Shown in pieces: positions 1 to 15,737 of a stretch of 64,000 bases of DNA. The position numbers were made by a program, and so were the translations under genes. Under the pieces are notes generated by a model. It was given only the letters and a program-made list of their open reading frames with translations. It did no database searches and had not been told where the DNA came from. The stretch covers positions 496,001-560,000 of the forward strand of contig OX597840.1 in assembly GCA_951406725.2 (NCBI GenBank). Direction: 5' to 3'. The stretch comes from Octopus vulgaris. Lineage: Eukaryota. How positions within the stretch are numbered: position 1 is the first letter of the stretch; every line of letters starts with the position of its first letter.

Positions 1-60
1 CCAATTAATTGTCCCAATTCTCTACAACACACTAGAACAAATAAGCCAAGCACCAAAATT

Positions 61-745
61 AGGAATCATGATACCCGCTGGTATAACCCAATCTTCGGTT
101 CACATGTTTCAAAGAAGATCGCTACGGAATTTTTTGCCACTTAAGACAAATGTTTCCCTAAATCAAATAGATACCATACTATATTTAATAAACACACTGT
201 GAAGTTATCATACGCTAACACTCAATTTAGAGCTTCACATGCATCGCATTAATGATAGTAAAATGAAACAACAAGTCAATAACCCTCCTACTGGAACTAG
301 CAAGAATATACATCAAAATACCAAAAAAAAAAGATGTAAACCGTAATGAAAAACAGCAGATACGGACAAATCGTGATATTAGCAATAATAGTGATATAGC
401 TAACACGGTAACAACGTGGGTAAATGAAGTCAGAACTGCTATATATACAACTAAATATAATGAATGCTCATGCAGAGAAAAATCAAGATGCCCGTTGATG
501 AACCTCTGTATAGTACAAATCTTGTATATATATGTATTGTACACACAAAGGTAGGACTGTATCTTTATACTGGGGCAACATCTGATTCATTCAAGAATCG
601 TTATCACAACCATGTCGCCAGCTTCGAGACATTCGACAGGGCACATTCAACATCTTTGGCCGATTTTGTGTGGCGATTTAATGCAGGTAAAATTAAGTAT
701 AACATAACTTGGTCCATAGTAAGACACGCTAAACCATATAATTTC
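61..745 (+). mobile_element. Penelope-like retroelement relic: RT C-terminus/linker, Cys knuckle and GIY-YIG endonuclease (pseudogenised)
   Basis: Frame from 61 reads WYNPIFGSHVSKKIATEFFAT*DKCFPKSNRYHTIFNKHTVKLSY (stop at 142-144). Then CSCREKSRCPLMNLC, a frameshift, and LVY..YTGATSDSFKNRYHNHVASF..STSLADFVW..YNITWSIVRHAKPY, matching the PLE GIY-YIG pattern. Confidence 0.85.
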
Positions 746-927
746 CAAGAGATTCCGACACTGCTCCAAGGAATCCTATCTATTCTGCGGACATATACAT
801 ATTTTTATACACGTGCACACAGACACAGAGACACACACGCACACACACAATATATATATATATATATATATATATGCGTATATATATGTTTATATATATA
901 TATATATGCGTATATATATATGTATAT

Positions 928-1073
928 GATTGATTGATTGATTGATTGATTCTAGTTTCAGCTTATGAGTTGTGGCCATGCTGGGGCACCGCCATTTGGT
1001 GTTGCTACTTGGTTTCACTTCACGAAAGCTTTCTAGCAGCTGCATTTGGTGCATGAGAGAGTTCGATGCAGCT
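928..1073 (-). mobile_element. 3' end of CR1-like LINE (short copy), (AATC)n tail
   Basis: Near-identical to 50652-50775 and to the reverse complement of 37690-37815. Confidence 0.75.
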
Positions 1074-1089
1074 ATATATATATATATGC

Positions 1090-1158
<69 letters not shown>

Positions 1159-1548
1159 GTAATTAATAAAATATATGCATACATACAAACATATATGTAC
1201 GTATATCTACATGTATATATACATGCATATATAATAATACATATTTTTACACAGACACACACAGACACACAGACACACACACGCACACACACATTTTGTT
1301 ACAACAGAAGGACAGATACGTGGAACAAGACGAAACGAAAACGAAAATGGGAAAACTGTGCAGCAGAAAAACGAAGTACAGAACATGCTGCACAAGAAAT
1401 ATCCCTTCAAGCAGACACGTGTTTCGAAGGCAGAGACAGAACACGTAAGGTCAAGCTAGGCCTTCCTACAGAATAAAAAAAATAAACTCTTGAGGGTAAA
1501 CGAGCAAGAAAAAATCTAAAAAAAGGGACGTAACTAAGAACTGCACAA

Positions 1549-1600
<52 letters not shown>

Positions 1601-1602
1601 GC

Positions 1603-1640
<38 letters not shown>

Positions 1641-2204
1641 TCACTTGTTTTTATACATGCATGCCTATTTATATAAACAACTTTGTTTTAAAGTTTGTAA
1701 ACCATTTTATATAATGATGGTTCATCATGTAGGTGCGTTTTAGTATGGTAAGCTTTTTTTTCTTATAAATGAATATCTATTATGAATTTTTAATGAGATG
1801 AGTAGGAATAAGGGGATAATAATGAAAATGTACAGTAGGTACGGAAAGTAAATGAAACTGAGAAGAAGAGTAATTTGTCCAGAAAAATTTGTTTTGCGCA
1901 AGTGTAGTTGTCTCCCTACAAAAGAAAAAAAGAAGAAGAAACGGTGAACGCTGACATGTTTGTGATTTTCCCTTCTAAAATCACAAATTATTCGTGCTTC
2001 TGTTTACCTTTATCTGGTAGGATTTTTCTGTAGAAAAACGCTTTTTCTTTACAGTGTTAACTATGGAATATTTTGAGATTCCTCATATGTTTGAAAAACT
2101 CAGCAAATGCCTATTGTAGTGTATTAACGGTGATACGAAAAATATACGCCAAAGCGTATAAATATAAGATTCGAATATCATATACATATGTATATATATT
2201 TATG

Positions 2205-2262
<58 letters not shown>

Positions 2263-2409
2263 TATATATATATATATAGACATATATATACACACAGAGA
2301 TGAATATATATATATATATATATATATACATGCAAAAACACACATATACATACACAAAAACATATGCGTTGCATATGTACAGAGATATGCGTATTTCACT
2401 CTCTTTCTA

Positions 2410-2445
<36 letters not shown>

Positions 2446-2522
2446 GTATGTATGCGTCCATGTTTATGTGAATGTATGTGTGTATATGTAAATGCATGTA
2501 TGTGTGTATGTGTGTATGCGTC

Positions 2523-2557
<35 letters not shown>

Positions 2558-3298
2558 GGTGGATGACATCTCGTTAATCGAGTATGATTCTCCTCAACAC
2601 ACCACTGATAGAGTGCATATATACATAGAAACGTACATAAATACATACTTTCATACATACATATATATATATATATATAAATACATGTATATAAATATAA
2701 ATATAAATATAAACATATATATATTTGTATATATGTGCATATAATATGTAATAATATATAATATAATATACATAATATATATATTATACAAATACATATT
2801 TTCCCTCGTATACAGATATATATATATATATGCAAGTTCACATATGCAATTCAGATCGCATAATTCTCTTTGTTAAGGCGAATTTGTTTCTATTTTCTCA
2901 ATTTGCGACATACCAATATGGCTGACATGTTTTGTTATTTAAATATATTCTCTCAATGGCCAAGGGTTTCAACTTTGTCTGCCATGTTATTTTTTTAATA
3001 TTGATATCGGATAATGTAGTTATAGACAGAGTACGTCTGGATAAAAAGGCGGGATAGCTACGCTGGAGGTTCTTTGATACATAAGTCCCGAAAGATGAAG
3101 GTTAGATCTGTGGGTTAAATAACGAACACAATATTAACAACTGTATCAATAACGTGAACAACAATGGCAGGAATAATGTAGAGATTTGTAATAATATCAA
3201 AAAACGGAGGTAAAAATATGCATAAAAGAAAAAATATCGGAAACAACAAACCTGTAAACATATACACATACTCTGGCATACTAATACATACGTATATA

Positions 3299-3350
<52 letters not shown>

Positions 3351-3385
3351 TGCATTTTCATATACATACACATATATATATATAC

Positions 3386-3464
<79 letters not shown>

Positions 3465-3751
3465 CACATATATGCATTTACATATACATACACATACATT
3501 CACATACACATGGACACATACATACGCACATAAATGCAGAAAAACACACGCTCGCACACACACGGATACACACATAGCACATGAATGTAGTTGTATGATG
3601 AGAAGTTTGCACCACAACGGCCAGGACCCGCGTTCGATCCCACTTCAGTAATGTGTGCGCATGTGTTTTCTACTACATGTGTTTTCTACTACTGAGAGTT
3701 GATTTCAATGACGGAAGATGAAAGAAGCCTCTCGTATCTATCTATCTATCT

Positions 3752-3807
<56 letters not shown>

Positions 3808-3810
<3 letters not shown>

Positions 3811-4087
3811 TAAAACGGTAAGATAACAAAAGAAAGAAAGAGACCTCAATATTATGTAAATAGAGGAAATTTATCTATACAATAATATGTTACATTACTC
3901 GGTAGTCAAGATAAAACTCTGAGTTTCAGATGCCGAAGTGGAAATCGGTTATCTGGCTATTTGAAAACGCGTTTTCAAATAGCCAGATATCGTTTTCAAA
4001 TAGCCAGATAACCGAAGAGATGATGTTGTGGATTTCCACTTCGGCATCTAAAACTCAGAGTTTTATTTTGACTATCGAGTAATGTAT

Positions 4088-4097
<10 letters not shown>
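3808..4097. mobile_element. Family F hammerhead-bearing element, head-to-head inverted pair in (TA)n; both ribozyme copies damaged
   Basis: Same family as 23260-23555 and 37160-37344. Centre palindrome TATTTGAAAACGCGTTTTCAAATA. Left copy has a stem-II deletion; right copy has AAAAC instead of GAAAC. Confidence 0.75.
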
Positions 4098-4153
<56 letters not shown>

Positions 4154-4502
4154 ATGTCTAGTCTATTTTTTTAATTATACAAATCTTTCACTGGAGAGGA
4201 GCCGGTTTCCAATAAAGATACAAGGCTCCATATATGTATATATATGTGTGTGTGTATGCATAGTTGTTCATAAGTCACATGACAGTAAATCGAAATTCCA
4301 TAAATACATAAATATTCAATTTTTTTTTATTCATTCCAATTATGAATGTTCAATAATTGAATGCTGTGAGTTAAAATCACCGTTATTTTTCCCAACACTT
4401 GTCCCTTTATTAGCAAAATTCTCATATAAAATAATATTTTATTTTAATTCTGAAATTTAATGGTATTTTGGTTTACTGTCGAGTGACATTTGACCAAACC
4501 TG

Positions 4503-4769
<267 letters not shown>

Positions 4770-4797
4770 GTGTGTATATATATATATGCATATATAC

Positions 4798-4836
<39 letters not shown>

Positions 4837-5169
4837 AGAGAAGCCAATAGTCATCTAGTGTTTGAAGTACTGTTTCCTATGTCGCAGAGCAGTGCGGAAG
4901 CTATAAAAGTTAATTTCGATGGATATATGGCTTCTTCGGTATCAATGGAAAATTTGAAAAGTCATTAATAGGAATGAAATGAGGATTAAGTGTAGATTAA
5001 TGTTAAGTAAAGCAAAATACATGTTAAAGTATGAGCTATAATAATATCCAGAATATAAGTTAGTTTAAAGAGATATTATGATATTGGTAGTTAAAAATAA
5101 AAATACATTGAGAGAGGTGTTTATACACATACATACATATATACGTAGGTACGTATGTATGCATGTATA

Positions 5170-5206
<37 letters not shown>

Positions 5207-5287
5207 GGTGTGTGTGTGTGTGTGTGTGTTTATGGTGTGTGTCTTGGGTATGTTTTGTATCCACATGTATATAATATGTGTGTGTAG

Positions 5288-5319
<32 letters not shown>

Positions 5320-5504
5320 GGAATTATATATATATATATATATATGTATACATTTACCTGAAAGTGCATAGATATACATAGTCATATATATTCACAGCCA
5401 CACACAAACAGTTATACGTATATCGAACCATTCATATATTATTACATATATACACATATATATACATATATATTATATGTGTGTATATGTATATACATAT
5501 ACAT

Positions 5505-5561
<57 letters not shown>

Positions 5562-5678
5562 CGTTATCAAAATAATTTATAGGCATAACATTTTTACACG
5601 TATTTAAATATAGGTTAATATAAAGGTTGTATTTTGGCTACTTTTATCCTTTAGACGGTTATTTCAACATTTAAATCA

Positions 5679-5730
<52 letters not shown>

Positions 5731-5789
5731 TTGTACATGCATATATATATTAATATATATATATTAATATATATATATATATGTATATA

Positions 5790-5872
<83 letters not shown>

Positions 5873-6007
5873 ATATATATATTAACATGTATGTATGTAT
5901 AATTGAGCATTTTAAAGAATTTTTATAATGTTTAATATACATCTAAATCTAAATAAACATCTCTCTCTCTCTCTCTCTCTCCATATATATATATATATAT
6001 ATATATA

Positions 6008-6038
<31 letters not shown>

Positions 6039-6057
6039 ATATCTATATATATATATA

Positions 6058-6131
<74 letters not shown>

Positions 6132-6401
6132 ATCTATATACCTATCTACACACAGAGTTATTCATATACAGATGCTCGCTCACACGCGCACGCACGCACT
6201 CACAGACACATACACACACTCACACATATATTTATATATGCGCATGCGTGTATATTTGCAAATGCAATATATATCAGTAGATGCTTTATGACTGTCTGCT
6301 GCGAAAAGATCGATAAGAACGCCCCCTGTGGAGTAACAAATAATATTTCACCTTTCAGCAGCTGATTTTCGCCATTAATACGCTTATTACAGATCTAATA
6401 G

Positions 6402-6458
<57 letters not shown>

Positions 6459-6482
6459 CATATACACATATATATTGTATAC

Positions 6483-6514
<32 letters not shown>

Positions 6515-6571
6515 CGCACACCCACATACACACACACATATATATATATATATAAATTTATATATATATCC

Positions 6572-6611
<40 letters not shown>

Positions 6612-6765
6612 GCATTTACTTACTAGAAGATCATGTACATGTAAATCAACCTGTTGTGTGCGTGCGTGTGTCCGTGTATATATATATATATATATATATA
6701 TATTTTTATGTATGGTACATTTACACACACATTCATATGTATATATATATCTATATATATATATG

Positions 6766-6828
<63 letters not shown>

Positions 6829-7340
6829 ACACTACATACACAGCATAACATCGACCAGTGAAGAAGATTGCTCAACATCGCATTGGCGGATGATTATTCT
6901 TTATTTGTGGGTTTCCAAAGCTTCCAGTGGTTTTATATAAAGAAGAATCTCTTTAAAATTGTCTAGCCTACTACATCGGTAAGATGGTGCACCAAGATGT
7001 AGAAGAGTAACATCGTCTCCATTTTGCAGAGTTGATAATTGTTAAGTGATTTCGAGATTTTAGGAGACATGAAACTATTGGTAGCCTTGTTAATAATTCC
7101 CCTGGCAGTGTATTTATATATACAAATATATATATATGCATGTATGTGTCTTTTGTGTGTGTGTATATATGTGTGTATATATGTATGCAGGTATGTATGT
7201 ATGTATGTATGTATGTATGTATGCATGTATGTATGTATGCATGTATGTATGTATGTATGTATGTATGTATGTATGTATGTATGTATGTATGTATGTATGT
7301 ATGTATGTATTATGGAGGGATGGATGAATTGATGTACATA

Positions 7341-8119
7341 CAGAGTGTACGTTCCAAATTTGACCGTTTGCATAGAAGGAAAATTGAACAATATCTTGTC
7401 CAGAAATAAATGCATTTTGAAAAAACGAAATTATGAAATAGAACATTGCTGGAATATAACATTTCACGCAATCAGCTGCGCTCAGCTTGCACGTAGTCCT
7501 CACGATGGCTTCGAAACTTGGCCCGTGCGTCCTTCCCTTTGTAGCTTGGAAGATTTTTGTACACCTTCTTGAACTTGGCCACCAACTTGGTTTCACACAA
7601 AGTAATCCATGGCATTGTAATCTGGAGAATTATGGTTTCCAGAAATTGAAGCCATTGAAATCGTGGAAATTCTGTGATACTCATTGCTGACTCTTTTCGG
7701 ATATCGCAACGAACCAAATCCTGCTGCCACAGATATGGCAGCAGATATGGCCAAGATTCGAACACAGGCTCACGCAGCGTCACGTAGGCATCTGAATTAA
7801 GGCTAAGATCCCGATCTAAGATGTGGTACATAGTCAGAACGCATGCAGTGCAGGATCTTGCCACGACTTCACCTCTCCATGTCACGCCTTAAAAACTTGA
7901 TTGTGTTGACAGAGCAGTGAGCAGCAGTCATGATGTAGGCTTTTTGATAACTCGCTTCACATTTTCAGCTGGCTTGCAGACCTGCATGTTGGCTTACTTT
8001 GTCTAAGCTACAGCTTAAACAGTTTTGCCCTCCAACGCTGTTCACTATTGACCAATATATCAAGCTGTTTCTGATAAAATAAAGGAGACATGAAAAATCG
8101 TCAAACTTAACCCGTTTAC

Positions 8120-8122
<3 letters not shown>
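7341..8122 (-). mobile_element. Internally deleted Tc1/mariner-superfamily (maT/DD37D-like) DNA transposon relic
   Basis: Minus-strand WQQD motif and a C-terminus KLVAKFKKVYKNLP..ARAKFRSHREDYVQAE. Degenerate inverted termini CAGAGTG..AAATTTGAC (7341, after TA) and ..GTCAAACTT..CCTG (8122). Confidence 0.6.
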
Positions 8123-8622
<500 letters not shown>

Positions 8623-9089
8623 TATGTATATATATGATGTCATCTGTTGATTATATATATATATGTCAACATGCAGTTAGTAAAAACTTTTCCCTCCCCC
8701 ATCCCGTTAAACGCTGTCATCACTACAAATCGGCATGTGACATGTAACAATGAATCACATCCATTCTCCTGGGACAAGCCAGCTTCCATATTGTGATAAC
8801 ACTCAACAACAACAATATCAACCAGAACAGCAATAACCTAAATCTTCTCCAGTTCCCTCTCTTCGTCATTCGTTCAACAGTTAAAAACGTGTGATGTTTT
8901 TATGTTATCAATATTACTTTCTATAGTGAAAGTGAAAGTAGACGTAATGTCTCGCTGTGGAAAAAGTGACTGCTTTATAGCATTGCTAGAAATGATGTCA
9001 TCACTAAATAGTCGTAAACACTAGCGTATTCGATTGGTTTCTCAGACAGGTATGCCAACCAATCGCACCGTTTAGAATGATCGTCATCT

Positions 9090-9257
9090 GGCTGGTAGAA
9101 ATGTTAGTAAGTCGGAGAAAATACTTTAGTGGCATTTCGTTCGTCTTTACCTTCTGAGTTCAAATTCCACCGAAGTCGATTTTGCCTTTCATCATTTCGG
9201 GGTCGATAAGTTAAGTACGGGCGTGTGCCTAGAGTAGAAAAGCTTATTATTATTATT
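9090..9257 (+). mobile_element. SINE family B, old-tail type, internally deleted
   Basis: B-box GAGTTCAAATTCC, core GTCGATTTTGCCTTTCATC..GGGGTCGATAA, tail GTGCCTAGAGTAGAAA then (TAT)n. Confidence 0.75.
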
Positions 9258-9738
9258 GATTATTTCTTCTTCTTCTTCTTCTTCTTCTTCTTCTTCTTCT
9301 TCTTCTTCTTCTTCTTCTCCTCTTCCTCCTCCTTCTTCTCCTCCTCCTCCTCCTTTTTCTTGCTCTTCTTCTTCTTCATCTTGTTCTTCTTGTTCTTCTT
9401 GTTTCTTCTTCTTCTTCTTCTTCTTCTTCTTCTTCTTCTTCTTCTTCTTCTTCTTCTTCTTCTTCCGGGATTTGGAATTATCCAGTAATTATTTTACAAG
9501 TTTTTCATCTTTTCTCTTTGTTTTCTCTCCATGTTGCTATATGGACACTTAAGGTGGTTTTCGAATCAGATCATGGCTGCTATTTTCAGCATAGTTGTAT
9601 CTCGTAGGTACCCTACGTCATAATTTTAATAATTATTACCTTTGAATGTTATTTTTTCCATGCTGGCCACTTGATAAGATCGTTATTTTATTTTTAATTA
9701 ACGATCTTATACTTATATATATATATGTATATATATAT

Positions 9739-9778
<40 letters not shown>

Positions 9779-9806
9779 ATCGCCATATATATATATATAT
9801 GTATAT

Positions 9807-9984
9807 CGCCCCACCCCACAATTTTTCTTACCTTGTTTCTCTCCTTGTTTTTTCTGTGTCTCTTTCTGTAGAAGAGCGTAGACTCGAAACATAAAAGACT
9901 TTTTCTGTTCCTGAGCGTTATACTAATACATCTGTTTGTTTTGTACACCACCTGTCTTCGTCTTTTGTTTTTTTCGTGAACTCT

Positions 9985-9988
<4 letters not shown>
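9807..9988 (+). mobile_element. Family E hammerhead-like element in (TA)n, degraded ribozyme at 9861-9898
   Basis: Homologous to 14421-14580 and 33572-33793. Reads CTGTAGA-A-GAGCGTAGACTC-GAAACATA. Confidence 0.7.
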
Positions 9989-10050
<62 letters not shown>

Positions 10051-10562
10051 GCGTGTGTGAGAGGTATTGGTATCTAGAAGAATCAATGTAAGTTCTGTGG
10101 ACAGACCATAGTTAAACTCTCGTTTCGATTATGATGCGAGTGAGGAGTCTAATGCGAGTCTTGTATACGAGATACACAGATACACCTCTGGAAACATCTC
10201 CGTTAGATGTGCAAAACTTCTGGCATACACTGCATTCAAAGATGTGCACACACATATAGGCAGAATAGATGGTAGACGTTCGTTTTCCATGGGGTTCACA
10301 AATGAGATTTCAGCCCAGCAAAAGAAAGGCATGGTCTGTCACAAACTGTGCACAGAAAAATGTATATAGATATATACTCCTATATAGTATGTATACTTCT
10401 TACATAGAAATTGGTTCGTCATTACAGAGATTTTCAAAACAAAAAGAAAAACGAAGGGGAAATATATAACTACAAAGAAAAAATTATACGTATTCCTTTA
10501 TACAAATGAGATATCAACATTCATAGGCATATTAAACACTAATACACACAAAAACACACACG

Positions 10563-10610
<48 letters not shown>

Positions 10611-10805
10611 CACTCATACAAACACACACATATCGTCACGTTTCCATAAAGAAAGTCTTTATAACTCTCATTGTAACTTTAGAGATATTTTTTCTTATCC
10701 ATCTAATATTTTAACAATATTCACTTCCATATTTTTTACGTACATTCATCTGACTATTTTAGCAGTAACAGTTAGTTGCCAATATATATGTACACACATA
10801 TATGC

Positions 10806-10859
<54 letters not shown>

Positions 10860-11171
10860 CATACACTCCCATATATATATATTTATATACCACTACGGAC
10901 ATACACATACACAGGCATATACATGCATATATGTATATATATATACATATATATACATACACAAACACATATATATATATTATTTATACACATATATAGA
11001 TTTATGATGCGTAAAAATACACACACGAACACACATATCTAAGCATATACATGCCTACATTTATACATAATGGGTATATATTTGTATACATATAAGCAAG
11101 AATTATACGTAATAGACATACTTCAATATATGCACTCATACGTCCGTACACACAGATACACCTCTACAAAT

Positions 11172-11204
<33 letters not shown>

Positions 11205-11255
11205 CACATACGCACAGTCACAGGCATTCACAGAGAGACACACACATACACATAC

Positions 11256-11334
<79 letters not shown>

Positions 11335-11714
11335 TATACATATATACATATATGTATGTATATCTATTCATGCAGTTTGATTTTGCTGTTAAAGGTGATA
11401 ATGTTGCTTCTTCTTTTTGTGTTCTTAAGATTTCTTTTTTTTTTGTTTTTTAAGAAATGTAGATTCAAATTTTGCTACCCAGCCTATAGGAGGTCTTTGG
11501 TATACTTAAAGAAAACTAACCTGAAAATGAACGCCTCCGTAGTTTCACGTCAGCGCCATTATCATTGCACGGACGCATACACAGGCATGAATGCGTGCGC
11601 AGACAGGCATAGGCGCTCACACACGCACTCAAACATATCTCTCTGTTCACCACCTCTCCGTTTTTTTATGTATGTGCATGATAATATACATATGTATATA
11701 TATATATTTGTCCA

Positions 11715-11778
<64 letters not shown>

Positions 11779-11846
11779 CATACATATATACATGTATATA
11801 TACATATATAAACATACATATAAGTATTATGTATGTATATAAAAGC

Positions 11847-12008
11847 ATCCACTACACTCTTGGAGTGGTTGGCGTTAGGAAGGGCATCCAGCCGTAGAAA
11901 CCCTGCCAGATTAAGATTCGAGTCTGGTGCGGCCAGACCTCGGTCAAATCCTCCAACCCAAGCTAGCATGGAAAGCGGACGTTAAACTATGATGATGATG
12001 ATGATAAT
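11847..12008 (+). mobile_element. 3' part of an RTE-associated SINE/LINE end with (GAT)n tail
   Basis: TTGGCGTTAGGAAGGGCATCCAGCCGTAGAAA..CCAACCC..GCATGGAAAGCGGACGTTAAA followed by GAT repeats. The RTE assignment is recalled, not searched. Confidence 0.55.
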
Positions 12009-12018
12009 GATATATATT

Positions 12019-12064
<46 letters not shown>

Positions 12065-12066
<2 letters not shown>

Positions 12067-12300
12067 CTATTTTACTATTTTACTCTTTTACTCTTTTACT
12101 TGTTTCAGTCATTTGACTGCGGCCATGCTGGAGCACGGCCTTTTAGTCAAGTAACTCGACCCCGGGACTTATTCTTTGTAAGCCCAGTACTTATTCTATC
12201 GGTCTCTTTTGCCGAACCGCTAAGTGACGGGGACGTAAACACACCAGCTTCGGTTGTCAGGCAATGCTAGGGGGACACACAATTACACACAAACACATAC

Positions 12301-12331
<31 letters not shown>

Positions 12332-12498
12332 CATATATACGACAGGCTTCTTTCAGTTTCCGTCTACCAAATCCACTCACAAGGCTTTGGTCGGCCCGGG
12401 GCTATAGCAGAAGACACTTGCCCAAGGTGTCACGCAGTGGGACTGAACCCGAAACCATGTGGTTGGTAAGCAAGCTACTTACTACACAGCCACTCCTG
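12065..12498 (-). mobile_element. SINE family A (tRNA-like head, internal TA/TG microsatellite, CR1-like tail), full length
   Basis: A-box-like TGGCTGTGTAGT, B-box-like GGTTCAGTCC, tail CCAGCATGGCCGCAGTCAAATGACTGAAAC(AAGAGTA)n; at least 10 copies in the window. Confidence 0.9.
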
Positions 12499-12825
12499 TA
12501 ATATATATATTACACTTACAGAGCCAAATAGATATGGAAGAGTATTTCCCATTTATTATTGATTTTCATTACTTCTCTCCACTGATATGTTTGGGAAGGA
12601 AAAAAAAACATCCAGCAATCTACGTACATGGACACCCACTCACACATTCACACATACATATGGGCACTCCCGCATGTGTATGTGCTTCTGTTGTTATGTA
12701 GTGATTATATATCTATGTGTATATGTATATATATATACAGATATATTATATACGTTCAACCATCTATCTATATATGTGTCTGTATATATATATATATATG
12801 ATGTATCTACATATATTTGTATTTT

Positions 12826-12894
<69 letters not shown>

Positions 12895-13014
12895 ATATCT
12901 ATCTATCTATCTATCCATCTATGTATGTATGTATGTATGTATGTATCTATATATCTATCTATCCATCTATTTATCTATCTATGTATGTATCTCTCTCTCT
13001 CACTCTCTCTCTCT

Positions 13015-13060
<46 letters not shown>

Positions 13061-13746
13061 CATATATATTTGTGTGTGTGTGTGTAAATATATATGTATA
13101 TAACCTCAAATTATGCACAGAAAAAAACGAAAAATAAATATATAATAAGGATTTAAAAGTCGATCTTACATAAGAAAAAATAAAAAATAAAAATAAATAA
13201 AAGGAAAACAAAACGCAGCAAACATGTGCAAAAATGATAAAAAATAAAAAAATAAAACCTGCAAAGATTACTAAATTTTATGAAAAACTAATATCGCAGC
13301 ATGGGTTCGATCCAGCTTCACGGGATAGATATTTCAAAGAATCACTATGCAGGGATATCGTGTGTTCTATTTTTTATGTAAATTTTCTAATTTATATGTA
13401 TACAAAGGCGGCTAAGTGATCTGCGCTTATGTAGTTTAATATAGGTTTTTTAAAATAATGTTCGAGCTTATTTGTTTTCTAGGTTTTTTGCCTATGAATA
13501 TACGCACTGTGAGGAAAAAATAATCATTTACAATTATATACACATGTAGTGCGTGTGGGGGGCATATTTATACATCATAAATATATGCATATGTATTCGA
13601 GCATGGCTATATATATTAAATGCCTCTATTGATATAAATGCTTTTGCGTATATACATCAGATATGTTGTTTTAGCAAACACACACATACATACACATACA
13701 CTCACGCACAGACATATTTTTATGTCTTTATAAGCACTTATGCGTG

Positions 13747-13862
<116 letters not shown>

Positions 13863-14348
13863 GTATATATATATATGTATGTATATTTATGGGATTGCAA
13901 ACGGTGAGAAATCAGAGGCATTTACTGATACACTGTACTGGATATTTAAAAATTTATTGTGAACCAGGAAAATTGTGTATTTTGTAAATTTTCTATCAAT
14001 CATATTCGTGTATAAAGTATTACTTAGGAGTGTCAAACACCGGATTCAACTGTCGCTAGTTTTTCATCTTCAAGACTGATATTTAATTATATTCATCCAC
14101 ATATAAATGTATGTGTGAGTGTGTGGAATACATATGTATTTAGACTAAATGTGCATCACAGTATTTTAAAACGACGTGATATATGTAAACATATGACAAG
14201 TTATCACTTAGAAAGCGTCTGCCTTGGAAATTGCCGGCGATGTCAGTACATCTAGCCTTTTCATGTAAAGCAAGAGAAGATCACGAGTAAACTGTACAGT
14301 TAATGCTCTGAAATATATATCAGCTGGCTTATCTACACAGTACAAACG

Positions 14349-14420
<72 letters not shown>

Positions 14421-14422
<2 letters not shown>

Positions 14423-14580
14423 GAAAAGTTTACGAAAAAAAAGACAAAGACAGGTGGTGTACAAAACAAACAGATGTATTAGTATAATGCTCAGGAATAG
14501 AAAAAGTCTTTTACGTTTCGAGCCTACGCTCTTCTACAGAAAGGGACACAGAAAAAACAAGGAGAGAAACAAGGGGAGAA
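14421..14580 (-). mobile_element. Family E element flanked by (TA)n
   Basis: Homologous to 9807-9988 and 33572-33793. Confidence 0.75.
14508..14543 (-). ncRNA. Minimal type-I hammerhead-like motif, core variant CUGUAGA
   Basis: CTTT-CTGTAGA-A-GAGC GTAG GCTC-GAAAC GT A-AAAG: stem I 4 bp, stem II 4 bp, palindromic ACGU stem III, GUA site. Confidence 0.55.
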
Positions 14581-14793
14581 ATATATATATAATTTGGTGT
14601 ATTGATTAACATGACGTTAATAATATTTACATATACATTGTACATGACAGCTACGTATATCATATATACACACTTGGCCCATGGGAAGCTGCGTAGTTTC
14701 AAGTGCAGTCATTTTATATAGTTGCATGCATATGCCTATATATATATGCATGTCAGTGTACATAGGCACGCAAATACACCGTATATAGATATA

Positions 14794-15119
14794 GGTCAGG
14801 GGTTAGAGCGTCGAGCTTATGATCGTGAGGTTGTGAGTTCGATTTCCGGAACGGGCTGCGTGTTGTGTTCTTGAGCAAAACACTTTATTTCACGTTGCTC
14901 ACAGTTCACTCAGCTGTAGAAATGAGTTGTGACGTCACAGGTACCAAGCTGTATCGGCCCCTTTGCCTTTCCCTTGGACAACATCGGTGACGTGGAGAGG
15001 GGAGACCGGTATGCATGGGCGACTGCTTGTCTTCCATAAACAACCTTGCCTGGACTTGTGCCTGGGAGGGTAACTTTCTAGGTGCAATCCCATGGTCAGT
15101 CATGCCCGAAGGGTGTCTC
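14794..15119 (+). mobile_element. tRNA-headed SINE with CORE-like domain (tail Z)
   Basis: GGTTAGAGCG..GAGTTCGATTTCC head, then TTGTGTTCTTGAGCAAAACACTTTATTTCACGTTGCTC..CAGCTGTAGAAATG resembling the CORE domain. Confidence 0.7.
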
Positions 15120-15307
15120 CTCATATATATGTCTATATACATAAGTATACATATGCACACACACATATACATGCACAGTCACACACACACATACACACAC
15201 GCACACACACATATGTTCAATAATATATTTATTAGTAGATGTATATTTTTAGATATAAGCATCAACGCAATATAAGTTATTCTTGAACAAATATACGAAA
15301 CGACGAT

Positions 15308-15475
15308 GCTGGAGTGGCAGTGTGGTAAGTAGCTTGCTTACGAATCACATGGTTCCGGGTTCAATCCCACTGCGTGGCACCTTAGGCGACTGTCTTCTAC
15401 TATAGCCTCGGCCCGACCAAAGCCTTGTGAGTGAATTTGGTAGACAGAAACTGAAAGAAGACCGTCGTATATATG

Positions 15476-15519
<44 letters not shown>

Positions 15520-15737
15520 TGTGTGTACATATGGTTGTGTCAGTGTTTGTCCCTCCCAACATCGCTTGACAACCGATGCTGGTGTGTTTACGCCCCTGTA
15601 ACTTAGCAGTCCGACATAACAGAACGATAGAATAAGTACTATGCTTACAAAGAATAACTCCTGGGGTCGGTTTGCTCGACTAAAAGGCGGTGCTCCAGCA
15701 TGGCCACAGTCAAATTACTGAAACGAGTTAAAGAGTT
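15308..15737 (+). mobile_element. SINE family A, full length
   Basis: Collinear with the other family A copies. Confidence 0.9.

Noticed and set aside
1405-1480. Minus-strand hammerhead-like CTGTAGG..GCCTTC-GAAACACGTGTC
   Set aside because: Palindromic stem III and GUC are suggestive, but the core is altered and no adjacent stem I forms; at most a relic.
10058-10160. Shared 15-mer ACAGACCATAGTTAA with about 26129-26143, possible mariner-like terminus
   Set aside because: Similarity too decayed to define element ends.
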